64,000 nucleotides of DNA from Phoronis australis (Eukaryota > Animalia > Phoronida), in the NCBI GenBank assembly GCA_002633005.1, contig NMRA01000151.1, positions 662,400-726,399 of the forward strand, given 5' to 3'. The notes beneath the pieces were generated by a model. The model worked only from the letters and a program-made list of their open reading frames with translations. It was not told the DNA's origin and made no database searches. The position numbers and the translations under genes were made by a program. Below are positions 26,310 through 39,899 of this stretch, in pieces (the first letter of the stretch is position 1; each line of letters begins with the position of its first letter).

Positions 26310-29304
26310 TTAATACGCCGTAAACTGTGACAAAGCCGTAAAATGTAACAACCATTACATTTTACATTTTACGTTGCTTCTCCTGATTATTAAGTGTCTA
26401 TTTTGTGAATATTGACTATCCCTTAGTCCAGTTGGTTGTGGCTCACATATGCCTGCAGCGTTTTTTGTGCAAGTGGGTAGAGTTCATACGGCCTCAAAGC
26501 CGACGAAAGTTCGCTAAATGGGAAATCAAATTCATTGTCTGATTCTTCAAGTACCTGAGTGTGATGCCCGTATCCACTCTCTTCTCTGTCTGCATAAAAA
26601 GTGCTTATTTCGTTAAGTTTTATGATATTCGTTTCATATTAGCTAACTGAAACTTCAAAAACTAAAAAAATTCATGATGGGAACTCTTTAAATGTAACAA
26701 TTTATAACTTGAAAAGAGATAACAAATATAAAAGCAGCGGTAGCTGCGCAATGAACTTGTAACATCTCCTGAAAATAGTTAAATAACAACAATATTTCGT
26801 GGTGTAGTTGCCGAGGAATCGGCACCTGAGTTGCAGACGATATAATATTTAGCAATTGAAAACTGAGCCAGAACTGTCATACAATAAACAGTCCTGTTCC
26901 AGATGTTACAATTGGGACCTGACTGCATGTTGCGTGTTATTTACACTGTTGTAACTGTATTACTTTGAACTATTTTCCGAAAGTTTGATGATCGAACCCG
27001 CTAACGACGTCTAGTCGACATTGACCTACCTTTTGAACTTACCATGTCAGAGGTCACTGTTGAAGTAGTGCGGGAGGTGAATCCGGAAAACAATATTACA
27101 TGGGGTATTTAACTCGACTGATTCAACGCGTATGGGATAAAAAAATTATATCAAATGCACATGCAAAAAATGTACCATCCTTACATTTTACGAAAGCGAA
27201 GCGAGTTTGATGGTACTTGCCACACGGGGGGGAAACGGTTCAACCACTTAACGGCTTTTTTCTCGGATTGTTTGAATGAAATTATGTCAAATGCGCCAAC
27301 TCGAATTTATAGATGTGTCTCCATGGGCTTTTCCTAGTTTTTTAACATGGATAGCTTATTGGTAGAGTCAAAAATATAACCTGTACAATTTCAACTCCAG
27401 ATGAAAGGAGTTCCTAGGATCAGGTTTGTTATTGTTAAATCGTTCTTGCAATCTTTCATTGGCGCTCACAGGTGATAATCAATTGTGTGTCTGGTATTAC
27501 AGTAAGCACACGTCCTTTGGTAACCACACCAGAAACAATGAAATCATATTTTGGCTATCACTTATCGTATTTCTTGGGGAAAAAACTACAACATAAGTTT
27601 TCACGGACACTTCAATTCCAAAAGTCTCTTTGGAAAAAATCACCCGTTTCAGTCCACGATAGTTTGATTTATTTCAGTCCATGTTTTACTGCCTTGAAAT
27701 CATTGCTAATGCGGTAATTGCGCTGCTCAACATAAAAGGGCGAGGTCAAAGTTTCTGCTATTGACGGGTTCCGTCTTGCACGTAAGTTGTAAAAATCTAT
27801 TGACAAAGTACATCTCACTGCTGTACGGGCCAAATTTCGTATGAAGTAGCACACACGTAATTTGCTGGTTGTGGTTCACGATTCGGAAAACAAACGCAGC
27901 TTGCTGCAGTTTGGTCCAGTTCACATAATTCAAAAAAGGTCGCAAATCAGCACATGTAGTACACATGCGCACGAGGTTTAGTTAAAATGATAAAGAAATT
28001 CCCAATTCTTGTTTGTGGATGGAATTCCACAGGATGGCTCATTCCTTTCGGACGCATCAGTGCCGAGGTGACCTGTTGCATTCAGGATCGGTTTTATTTA
28101 ATTTCAGTGTAGCTCGAACTTCAGCATATTGGTGTACTGGTCCTACTTTAACTTTTGACATTGCACAATTTAAGTACGGCAATTTATTGTGCATTTTTGA
28201 CACTTTAACACTTGTTTGGGATTCAATTAGTTGAGTTGAAGAACTTGACGCGATTTCATTGTTTTAGCTTAGACATCCCCGTGGAACGAAATTAATAGGA
28301 ACGTTTTCAACAAGAGAAAAAAATATAACACAGGGGGTATCCTCACGTTTAGACGTTGTAAGTAAAAGATTATAGTCTGAATTCAGATCTGCGTGGCAAA
28401 CTCCAGAAGGGTATAATTTTACCTCAAACAATACCGCGCTTGCCGATAGTTCAGAAATAATCAATTCCTGAAGTTGGCGCGCGAATAACCAAGATCTTAA
28501 ATCTCAATCTTCTCGTTTCCAAAAAGTAGGCATACTCTGCATCCAAAGTTGTTAAGACGTTTCTCACAATATCATTAAGGTTGAAGCTAGGAACCCCTAT
28601 CAAATGCTTTTGAAGCAGCATTGGCTGTCCATTATGGGAAGCCCTGTGAAAACGTTGAGATGACTTTAAAATCTTTGAGAAACATGATGTATTAGCACTT
28701 TGCTAAGCGTGTATTGTGTATATTGCACAATGTTCTTGTTAAATGAGTTCAATAATAACGACAGCGACAATGACAATAATAACAAGTAATAGTAATAATG
28801 ATAAAGGTCATGCCATGTCAGGCCGAAGGGTATTCCTATAGAGTGCAACCAAAAAAGGGTGTTTTTTCACAGCAAAAAAATACTCTCCAAATTTTTCGAG
28901 AAAATACTATCTAACAGGGTGCCTGTCCTGAATTTCTGGAACAGAACTTTGTGAAAATGCATTTTTGCACTCTTTAAATGGGTCACTTGTCTGTCCGAAC
29001 CCATTCTTTAAATGAGTAAGTAGCCAAAATTTTGAGCGGCACTCCTCGTCCAAAAATGCTCGAGTATCCCCGCCCGTGTCAGATACCACTTGTTCGTGAT
29101 TTTGGCCATTTACTTTGCGATATGATGTTGGTTTCGAAACAATCGTACATTTCTCGCATGCGCATTGGACGTAAAATGTAACAATCACGTAAAACGTAAC
29201 AACTTGTTACATTTTAGGAGAGACTCAGTAACGTAAAATGTAACAATGACGCAAAATGTAACAGTTGTTACATTTTACGAAATTATTACATTTTACGGCG
29301 TGTC
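26310..29304. mobile_element. Possible ~3-kb TIR element with GTAAAATGTAAC subterminal repeats
   Basis: Left end ACGCCGTAAACTGTGAC/CCGTAAAATGTAAC mirrors right end TTACATTTTACGGCGT; repeat clusters at 26315-26375 and 29170-29300; no clear TSD. Confidence 0.45.
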
Positions 29305-29691
29305 AGTGCCTCCCAAGAGGCGAGGATCTCGGAGAAAACTCATAACTTCGCCATGTTTACAAGCAAAACACGTCGTCACACAAGCTTCGTTAGTGAGATT
29401 CTTGTGTCTACAAAACTCTACACAGAAGTCGTCACCAGCAATCGTCGGCCGCTGCACGGAAACCCTCGGCTTATGCTCATATCGAAAAGCCCTAATTGAC
29501 TGAAAATTAATTGAAATTTCTTGTATCGTCTAAAATATTCTGACCATCGGTCTTGACTGTGTCATCCTTCATAGAATTTTATTCAAGCATCTATGTACTC
29601 AAGTTCACTTGATGCTATATCGATCAATAACGAATGTCAGCGAAGCTTTTAATCTTACATGCATTTCGTAAAATATACTTCAGCATCTCAC

Positions 29692-29894
29692 CTTCGTTAC
29701 ATTCATTGCAATCGTCAATGAAGCATCCCGTTAGTGCCTTTTTCGTTTTTGCGTAGTCTCGGTGACTGGTAGTAAATCGAGCTTTCTTTTTCAACATATC
29801 TTCCACCCTCTGCATTTCCTTCTTCCGGTAAGATTGCGTCTTCTTGCAAAATTCGGGAGAATACTTCTTCTTGGTGCAATCGCGGTCAGCAAAA
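29692..29894 (-). CDS. Multi-Hedge-domain gene, visible exon 10
   Basis: ttcccaacttccag / gtgaga, phase 2 to 1; FADRDCTKKKYSPEFCKK...RDYAKTKKALTGCFIDDCNECNE. Confidence 0.75.
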
Positions 29895-30713
29895 CTGGAA
29901 GTTGGGAATACAAAATCAGGTTTTCATCGAAACAGGCCTATTTAGGGTTAAAATGCTGCTCTGACACGGACGTGAGCATAAAGTCTTAATACCTAGGGCT
30001 AATCTAGTTCAAACTAGAAATACATACACTGCAAAAATGAGTAAATTGCACGTTTAACGAGAAATGTGGCATTCTGAAAGCGTATTTGTCGATTTGGCAA
30101 TTTTTCCTGTGAGGGGATGGTATACTTCCGTTTTAGAATGACTACTGCACGCACTCTGGCTCGTAGTCAAGAAAGTACTCAGTTTATCACGGTAGTGTAA
30201 CCTTTGAACCCACGGGAGTCTACTCTGAAAGCTGGTTAAGACCTCTCTAGTAGATTTTATCAAAAAACATAATTAACAATCCTTCAAACTTCAAGTGCGG
30301 CGCTGTGAACAAGTTGCACGAAGCAAACAGCTGTGTGTACGAGCTGCTGTGTTCTCAACAAGAACGTTTAAATCAAACCTCATCCATCAAAGAACCTCAG
30401 TGGTAGATAGAGGCAGAAGAAAAACAAAATGGACACTGATGAGCTATACTGTAGTTGGACTTGTCCGAAAAATAATGATAATCGTCTTCTCTTCAATTGC
30501 AATACATCTGCCACATGTCATAACGATCCTGGCGAACTTAGATCGAGAGACAGAAGCCTAAAAAACCGACGAGTACAAAATAATATAAGGGCAATGCAAA
30601 ACGTTAATATGCGCACCATGCTTGGAGAAATTTAATATCGCAAAATTGTAACTATGCTTGTTGGTTTTAGATTGCACGTTTTGATACTTTGGACTCTGGT
30701 ACCCGATACTTAC

Positions 30714-30810
30714 AATCCAGCATCGGTCTTAAAGTTGAAATAATAGTTCTCTTCTCCAAACTTGAAGGTACACGCTGTGGCGACATCAAGAGCAGAGATA
30801 GCCGGACCAC
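30714..30810 (-). CDS. Multi-Hedge-domain gene, visible exon 9
   Basis: ccatcttttag / gtaagt, phase 1 to 2; GGPAISALDVATACTFKFGEENYYFNFKTDAG. Confidence 0.7.
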
Positions 30811-32388
30811 CTAAAAGATGGTTATAAATGCAATTTCGTTTAGTATTTTCGTTAACATTGGTAAACAAATCACGCTGTGAAACAAGTGTCCTTACAAAAG
30901 ACGAAAATTCTCTTGCCTTTTTGACGGAAAACCTCGACATATGAGCTTTTGCCAAAATGATGCTTGGCAAGCAAGTGTACCATATAAGCAGAGAACTCCA
31001 ACCCTGGAGTGCCATCTTCGAGTTTGCGCTGCTAGGGTTGCGCCCCGAATGCGTGACATTTGTTTGCATTTATTTGTTCTGGTGTTGGTTATTCCTATGG
31101 AATAAAACTTTTCGGAACTCTGCTGTTTTTGAACCAAATTGCATGAGAATCATGTCATTAGAAAGCCGTTCGTCAGTTCTTGATGGTGTATGATTTTAGC
31201 AGAAGCAAATGATACATACATAAGATAATCCATAAATAACTATCATTTCGTGTGCATGACAGGTTTAAAACGTTTTGTTACCAAAATGCGGAAAATAACA
31301 GAATGTAATAGTAACATAAAAAAGAAAATAAACCAGATAGGTGAAATAAATGACTAATTAAACAGGCGGGGATATAATTTCATTGAATCAAAAGATTTCT
31401 AACCTATTATGAAAAAGATTTTAGAATATGGATCCCTCAAAGTTGCTATGAAGAATTTAGGCATTCATCCAAAATCATACATCTTTGGTGACGTTCGATA
31501 CAGTTCTTCAGAAAAATTTCAGGACTTGGGGACACAAAAATAATGTCATCAACTAATTGCTCCTGACTACCGTTCCGAAATTTGCAGGTAAAGGCCTTCT
31601 GATAGATAAAAAATAAGCAAATATCTATTGTGTAGGTTTGAACTGTACCGCGAGTAGATCATTACATATACACAGGCTGCAGTGTAGGACTTTCCATAGT
31701 AGTTTGCAAATACAGTGTAAGCTCATTTCTTCAGAAAGTAAAAACTGGTGACCCTGATACATGCATTGTGTGCTACCGTAAGCAAGAGACACTGAAACAC
31801 GTTTTTGCGATTGATATGTTATTAAAGAAATTGGACTCTGGAATATAACAATATTCTTGATAAAGAGACAAATGAACATGTGTTCTAAAGCTGTCAATAA
31901 TCGGTAATGAAAAAACGGGACAAATGGATTGAAAAGCCGGACTTCCGGATATAAAGCGGGGCATCTGGGGCTATGCCAAAACGCTAGGGGGAAATGTTTG
32001 CACCAACACACAAAAACGTCCCGACGGTCGAATAGGCAATTGTGAGTTCCTCAAAATTGCGGGTGCCTCAAAAAATAGTCGAACGGGAAAATATTAATTG
32101 CAGTAGTATAGCATAATATGTCAGTGTCGTCGTATGTCAAAAAATGGGACATTTTGATGGTGACGTGGGATGGGAAAAATTCAAAAAACGGGATAGTCCG
32201 TCAAGGGCGGAACAATTGGAAAGTACAATGTATACTGTCAGCAACACACATTATTTGATCGGATTTTTTACAAATATTGCATATAACATTCACTGCTTAA
32301 AAATTGAATTACCAAAAAAGTATTGGTAAACATTGCAAAAATAAATTATTATAGAAACATTTGAAAACAGTAATAATTTATGCAAACA

Positions 32389-32397
32389 AACACACAA

Positions 32398-32433
<36 letters not shown>
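32389..32433. repeat. (CA)n microsatellite
   Basis: Direct inspection. Confidence 0.9.
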
Positions 32434-32435
<2 letters not shown>

Positions 32436-32509
32436 CTATGGAGATAAAAACAAAAACAGAAAAATTCAGGTAAGTAAATGAGCCATAAGGGTCCACCTGC
32501 TCAAAAACT

Positions 32510-33560
32510 TATTGTGATTACAGTTTCTAAGTATGTATTTTTCTACGTCATAGTGAATATTAATTTCCATTTTGGCAGCTTCCGAATTTGATTGAAGGTT
32601 TTTCAGTCTTCTTTTGTATATGTGTAGTTTCGCAAGACAAATTATTAAATTACGTATTTTGGTCCATCAAATTTCCTAAAAAATATTTATGAGCGTTAGT
32701 TCAAAAACTTGACCAGTTTTTGGACAAATCCATTCCCTAAACGACAACCAAAAAGATTCTACAATATCACAAAACCAATACAAATGGAAAAGATCCTGTA
32801 ACTCATTTTTAAAGAAATAGCAATCACCGTTTGGTAAAATTCCAATCTTGTGAAGATATGTATCTGTACTTATAATTTTATGAGTAATTCTGAACTAGAA
32901 ATCACATTTAGGTGTCAGAAGTAAAATTGATTGAACAGCCGGAGGTATTTAGGTATTTAGGGCCTGACCCCACTTCTTTTCTATTTTTATTGTTTTTGTC
33001 GAACTTGGTTATGAATCGATTATGGATTCTTTTGTTTGAATAAGACAGAATGTCCAAGAAAATAGGGGGAGCATGTGGGAGGAAAATCGTGAAAATGAAA
33101 TTTCTCCTAACTTTCAAGTATTTACACATGGCCCTTATAAGACCCTGAAAATTGGTAAATGGTGGAGAAAAGTCATACTTATTACAAAAAAGTTGATAAG
33201 ACATAAGTCGATCATCATCATCATCAAACAAATCATTTACACAAACAATGCCTCTTTCATACCACTGTCTATGCAAATATAGTTATTGTCTATAATGATG
33301 CCTGGATTTTACGACATACCGATAGTTTTCAGTTTCAATTTTGTGACACGACATTAATTCCCCACAAATACACAATGCTTCTTTCCAAAGGGCATTATTT
33401 ACATTATTTACTTTTCTTGAACAAAAACTATTAAAATAGTGTATACCAAAATCTAAGTAGTTACATGCCCTAATCCCCGTCCAAAGTATGTTTCCAGAAC
33501 TCGTCATTTGACGTCATAAACCTTCTGAACCATGAAAGCTTAAGAGATTTAAAGAATGAC
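32510..33560 (-). mobile_element. L1/Tx1-like ORF2 3' remnant
   Basis: WYERGIVCVNDLFDD...LMSYQLFCNKY and FRITHKIISTDTYLHKIGI...HLYWFCDIVESFW; frameshifted. Confidence 0.75.
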
Positions 33561-33597
33561 AAATGTTCATTTTGCACACATACATGTACACGCGCGC

Positions 33598-33606
33598 GTG
33601 TGTGTC

Positions 33607-33657
<51 letters not shown>

Positions 33658-33658
33658 G
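33598..33658. repeat. (GT)n microsatellite
   Basis: Direct inspection. Confidence 0.9.
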
Positions 33659-35480
33659 ACTCCCCGGAAATCGGTCTTGTTCTTACCACTGGTCCACCAG
33701 CAGTCAGTCCAGAACTTTGTGGGCGGGATTAAGCGGACGCATGTTTAGTAATCAGAATTTGTTTGCGCTGGACATTTTCAGTTTTTGGCGCCCTCAGATT
33801 TCGTTTGGCGACCTCAGATTTTACCAGGTTGCCCAATGCGACTTGACATTTAGCTAAGCGTCGAGCACTGCATTGGCTCATCACGTAACCAATGGAACGA
33901 CGGCATTGGTCTGACCGTCGGTTAAAGCGATTTGTTTCCCTTGAATTCTTTTTCACAAGAGAGTACGCAACTGAGAAAAGTGGGAGTAGTTTTTTTAATT
34001 TTTATTTCTTTTCAGGTAAAATAAATATGCAAATAAAGAATTGAGCCGATCTTCCAATTTTCATTTTTTCAGATTGAATGAACAATAAAAAATGAGAACT
34101 TTGTCAATTTTCTATTTTCATTTTTTTTTTCGAAAAATGAAAAGTTTAGAATATTGAAACCTGAGTCATTTCGCTCGTTTTTTTATTTTTCTGCAAAACT
34201 AGAACTATACAAAACTGGAAATTGTTGTAAATTTCTAACTTTCATTTTCCGGAAAAATGAAATATTAAAAAATTGAAAATCGACTCAATTTTCTAATGTT
34301 CACTGAAAAAAGAACAATTAAAGAATCATAAATTAACTGTTCTTTTTAATTTTGAGTTTTGTTTTAAAAGAAAATTTGTTTTGGTCCTTACATACACGGA
34401 CCACTGAGTACTGTAGCCTTTTTGACATTTATCATATACCAGAAACAAGATACTTCGCGCTAAGAGACGAAATATTTCAGTATCTTCGTCTGGTAAGTGG
34501 TTTTTGGATTTCATGTGCTGCGTATTTTAGGCTGTTGCAGTGTCTACTAATGAATAATTAAAAGTCATTGAGGTATGTCATTTTCACGTTGCCTTACACC
34601 CAGTGCAGCAATCAGATAATCTATCACACATCTTCCCAGAGGACTTTGCGTGAAATGAAGGTTATAAATGGCTTTAAATATTTTCCCATTAATTCCATGA
34701 CCTTTAAGAAAGCCGATGAAAGCACAGTTTAACCGTGTATGTTTCGCAGCTAGATTTATGTATTTGATTTTATCGTAAACACTGGATGTTACGATCGTGA
34801 AATAACTATTACCACACCTTGGAATACGTCAGAACTACTTTATCGTATTTTCTCCGGAGAAAAAATCTTTATCATCTCTAGAGAAAATAAGCCTGGCCAA
34901 GCCGTAAGGATAACGACATTTGCCGTGCTAAATCCATAAGAGTTACGGAAGTACTTTTAACTCTGTACTGGTGTTATTGTCACCAGTAATTCAAAAGCAC
35001 CTTACAAATGACAACTGAACCAATTATATAGCACAAATCATAAACATATCCGTCAAATATCATCTAAAATTTTAATTTCAACACACTTGATGAAAATTAA
35101 GGTGAAAACGGTGTTTTAAGTGCGCCAACACGCAACCTAAACGATACAGCGACCTCTTTTGGCCAACTGGGCATGAATGAGTTTTGATGGGGTAAACATA
35201 TTACTACCCCCAAACAGAGCAATCATAACATCCGGGTCCTAACCATGTTGTATTTAGCCAATATAAGCAAATAAAATCGTTACTAGTTATAAGAAGCTTT
35301 CTTTTATGATATTATTTTATTAATTCAATGAAATTTTTTCAAGTGGTTCTCTTCTTTAAAACAACGTGTTGTTCTGATCGTCTGCTAAACCTACTGCCTG
35401 TCCGGTAGTATAAGTAGCTCAGACGGTTCATGTGAATGTGCGTCTTAAAAATAGTTCACTTGATATGTGTGATAAATATG

Positions 35481-35643
35481 TTATACAACGCACGTGATGA
35501 CAACTGTGGGTTATTATATCTCGATACGTGATATTCAAGTATTCAAGCCGATTTAAAATTGGGCTTCGCCCTCGTAGAAATCGGCTTGCAGATCACGTAT
35601 CTCGATATACTAACCCACAGTTATCATCACGCACGATACATAA
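35481..35643. repeat. Hairpin MITE-like palindrome with central GGGCTTCGCCC
   Basis: GTGATGACAACTGTGGGTTATTATATCTCGATACGTGAT...AAGCCGATTT / AAATCGGCTT...ATCACGTATCTCGATATACTAACCCACAGTTATCATCAC. Confidence 0.8.
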
Positions 35644-38238
35644 TGTAGGTGTAGCGCAAAAGCGTCATCTAATGTTGAAAAACCACTCCAAAAGCCAGGT
35701 TGAACATCGCATATTAAATCTTCACTATTAATGAAAATCGTTAACCGGTTATTAATCATGGACGTAAACAGTTCATCAAGGCAGCTTAATAAAGTAACAC
35801 CTCGATAATTATCAGCATTTTCAACGACCCTTTATTCTTAAATATATTTATAAAAACAACCATGAACCAGTCATTGAAAAAATAGCAACTGTGGAGTAAG
35901 TTGAAGAAGTCCCTCGTAATATGATTCATTTTATGAAGGCAATTTTTTTAAGAATTCGTTACTTATTAGATCTAAGCCACCACTAGTCATTTCACGTTTG
36001 CTAAATTATGGTGCTTTTCTGTTATTCTTGGAATAAGATTTCATAATTAGAGAAGTACGAGATTTTTAATCAATGTCAAGCCACAACTTGCCGTGCTCCC
36101 TATTACGTTGTATATTTTTACGGTTTAGCTGTTGTTAACATGCAAAATACCAGCCAATAACAAAGCCCCACTTATAGATTGCGGAAAAAAAAACATTCAT
36201 GTTTTCATGACTGGGATGATTTTGTACGCTGTCAAGTAGCAATGCATGCCGACGCACAGCTCCCTCAGGATCAAAACTACGTTTTGTCTTCAATTTTCTG
36301 CCTCGTGTACACATCGGTGACTCGAAGTTTTGGCGATTCTGTGGATGAAAGGACAGTGTACATCTGGAACTGCTCTATACCTGGCTGGAGGTTCCGAACA
36401 GCCATGTAACTTTCGAGCTCGGATAAGTAGTATAACATGTCCATACTGTTGTAGGTGGTTCTGCTAAATCTGCCTTTCCTCTCTACACGGTATATTTTTC
36501 GTATTTGAATTTCCACGAGAAAGGTTATAAAAGCATTTTGCTAGACACATGTGAAATACTGTAAAAACGCGGCCATATTTTGTGAACAAGATTTTCGATA
36601 ACTTAAGCAATGCTTAACACGCTACCTGTCAACACTAATCCTATTTTATAACCTATGATAGACTGCCTCAAAAGATGTTTTAATGCATTTAATATCAAGT
36701 CAACATGGAAGATGAATGAATTTTAAAATTCAGACAATAATCCTTTGCTGAGCAATAGATACTGTACATAAGGAAAGGTTCACAACGACTTTAGCACTAT
36801 CAACATATCTGATGGCAAAACCATTCTTGGACTTCAACTAGCTGAATTTAGTCACATGTATTTTGCTGATGAATTCGAGTTGCTGCATAAGAGAACAGCA
36901 AATATTTGACAACTTCCCATGCTTTCACTCATTTTGATTGAGTTTCTGATTCATTCCAATACTAGCACATAATTCCAAAACTGCAATATACAGCTATTGT
37001 TTCACCACGTATTGACTCTTGTATTTATAAAACTTTGTAATTTCTTCGCGTAGTCAGTTGATTGAAAAACAGCAAGAAAGGTGTCTATTGTTTTGAGGGT
37101 CATTTTCACTGCTCTGCCAGAATTGTTATCGACAATCCTGCTGGAATCTGATTAACTTTTTCACGTTTCCAGCCATTCTAGTATGGTCTGGGCCACGAGA
37201 CCACTAACTGAAGCGTTATAAGATTATATAGAGCGTCACTATAGAACACAATTTTTAAACGTTCCTATTGAATAAGACTAAGTAAACACATTTTTATGTT
37301 GAGTCTTGATGCCATCTGGTGGTCAAGCAGTACTATGCACTGCACAGGGACGCTAGGCCATTCTACGGGAAACTGCAGGCAACGGTGTTTGTTGGTGTTT
37401 GGGCTTTATCACAAGTTTTAGTGCTGTTTTTGTATACAATAACTGTACGTGGCCCAAGCAAACCATGCGTTATGCCACTTTAAAAAATAGTTGAAGATTG
37501 TATTCATTGATTCGTGGTAAATTAAAGCCTACATAAGGCATTAAGGAGGCCATCTTCATTAAGGCTTTTAATCCATCATTCAACAGACATGGAGGTGGCA
37601 GGTTTGTTTTGTCCACCGCCTGGAGCGTGTACTGTGGATCGTATCTCGCGACAACACAGCAGAAAGTTCCACCTGTCCCGCCAGTCCAACCAATCAACCA
37701 TTCCTTTTGAAAAGAGCGGGGACACTCCCGAGATTTTAAAAGATTTGTTAACGAGTGTGATACAGTCCAGCTGAACAACTTTCCTCAACGTCAACGTCAG
37801 GGAATACAAGGATATAATAGAAACATTCTTCAAGTCATATTTTTCTTTAAAAATTTCCATTTAATAATCTAGCTTTCACTATTTAAAGTGTCAACACGAA
37901 AGATTACCTCTGCATTGTACGGATCTCTGTAAAATAAAGAGTTACCATTCATGGTTTCATTATAATTATTCTATATCACTTATTTTACGACGAGTACTTG
38001 ACTAAATAGTTTAGAATTGAGAATTTCAAATTTGCCAGAACCTCCTTATGAAAATACGAATGAAAGATGCCTCGGATATATCCTCCAAATTGCCTCGTCA
38101 TTTGTATAAAGCGTTTGCCAGTGATCCAAATAAACACTTTCAAGTTGATCAGTTCCATGCTGGGAGACTTCAAACTGCCGTCGAAATTGCCATTAGCCTA
38201 ACAACTCTTCCTGATTAATGGTCGATTAACGTTCTAGA

Positions 38239-39216
38239 TTAGTGTGACGACGATACTGTATGTCTTTGGATTACCATATCCAACACTGTTTTGACGCATT
38301 TCCGTATCTCGGGATAGGAATATGTGTATATAATTGGATTTAATGCCGAATTGAAGTAAGCGATGTTCGCAATGACGTAATCAATGTACTGAACAGTAGG
38401 TGTATAACTCTCCATTATCGGTGAGGTTTTTAGCACAACGACAGGCATCACGCACGCAGTGAAGGTGCCCAGAATTAAGAACGTCCCCTTTGCAATTTTG
38501 ATTTTATTCAACACTGCGTTGTTGGCCGGAGCTACTGCATTTCGCGATCGGCATGCCTTGTAAGCGACATATCCGTGACAAACATAACTGACGGACAATG
38601 TCACGCCACCACAAGTAATGGAAGTTATTATTTTCATCCTTTTTGGCAAGAGGTTGTAGTTACAGGTCTCCGTGAAGGGGTTATAAGGCGAGTCAGTGAT
38701 TGCTGGGATCATGCACGACGCACCAACAACACAGGTACTCAGGAGGCAACCGACAATAACAGCCAAAGTATTTCGTTTAGTACTTGAATCTGCATGGTGA
38801 AAAAGGGGAAAAGCTATGCTGATAACTCGGTCCAGTGAAATTAGCATGATGAAAACGTGGGACCAAATTACCGGTAAAACTGTGATAAAAACGAGGACCA
38901 TGCAACCTGATATAGTTGAATCCACCCCACTCGGCGTTCCACTGTCTGCCCACAACATTTGAACGACAACCTTGCGCCATATGTCAATAGGTATGACTAC
39001 CGCGCCGACCAAAAAGTCAGTTACTGCAAGGCCAACGATGAAAACGTTGTAAGACTTTTTCCAAAGTTTATACTTGAAAATGCAGTAAATCGTCAATCCA
39101 TTGCTGAATGATATGTAAAAAATCCAAATTATCTGCAGTGCAACAAAAGCTCCCTTAAAATACACAGACACTGTGTTGTCAAGAAACCAAATACTTGTAT
39201 TGTCTGACGAATTCAT
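38239..39216 (-). CDS. Intronless rhodopsin-family (class A) GPCR, 325 aa, orphan/divergent; nested in a host intron
   Basis: Seven hydrophobic segments; N-terminal sequons NSS/NTS; SNGLT, LAVTD, SLDRV, FTACVMP and NSALNPIIY motifs; ATG at 39216 in a GCCATG context. Confidence 0.93.
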   Translation of the reverse strand: MNSSDNTSIWFLDNTVSVYFKGAFVALQIIWIFYISFSNGLTIYCIFKYKLWKKSYNVFIVGLAVTDFLVGAVVIPIDIWRKVVVQMLWADSGTPSGVDSTISGCMVLVFITVLPVIWSHVFIMLISLDRVISIAFPLFHHADSSTKRNTLAVIVGCLLSTCVVGASCMIPAITDSPYNPFTETCNYNLLPKRMKIITSITCGGVTLSVSYVCHGYVAYKACRSRNAVAPANNAVLNKIKIAKGTFLILGTFTACVMPVVVLKTSPIMESYTPTVQYIDYVIANIAYFNSALNPIIYTYSYPEIRKCVKTVLDMVIQRHTVSSSH

Positions 39217-39899
39217 GGCTGTTGAAGTAACACACGCTCTTCCTGTACAGAGATTAAAAATGGATGTGCTGCCAAACTGTATCTTTCGCAGATACTTCAA
39301 CCTGTGCGATGATTGTTTTGCTTCTCACTTTCCAACGTAACTGCTACACTGAGTCCAGTTTTTATGCAGTGTCATGAGTGACGTAGTTCACTATGCTGTA
39401 CAGCATTGGATTGCTCTACATGTTGTCTGTATAGCGTTTGAAGAAGTCGTCAACACTGTCCCCGAATCGAACAGTCTTGCATAGTGTGTAAACATAAGAC
39501 GGTGGCATCACACAACCTTAGGCCTTGACAATCGATGCGCTTGACTTGGGTTTGTTGAAAAGATACGTCCAGACCTTTGTCGTTTCATGTAGGGTTAAAA
39601 TGGGTCAAACGACTTTTTAACACATTAAATACGTCAATTGTTGGTCAACACATGCGTGTAATTTCTTCTTTCATCCCTTACATTAACTAATTACGCTAAT
39701 TACTATCAGCTTACCTTACCAGTAACTCCATTTGGCGTCGTCATCTTTTTGACACGAAATTTGCAGGCCTTTGTCACAAGAAAAAATTAAAAAATATTCA
39801 TTTTGCTTTTTGCATAGTTATATGAATACAATTAATAAGACGAGGACGCACAGTCACACACGCGCGCGCGCGCTCGCGCTCACAGGTATATGACAGCTT

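Noticed and set aside
36230-36330. Possible exon after the acceptor-like ctttcatccacag
   Set aside because: No convincing donor, and the segment resembles a dispersed repeat also seen at about 23800 in the opposite orientation
39217-39300. N-terminal extension of the GPCR ORF (353 aa)
   Set aside because: Starts at a non-ATG codon and spans a splice acceptor; the ATG at 39216 is the plausible start
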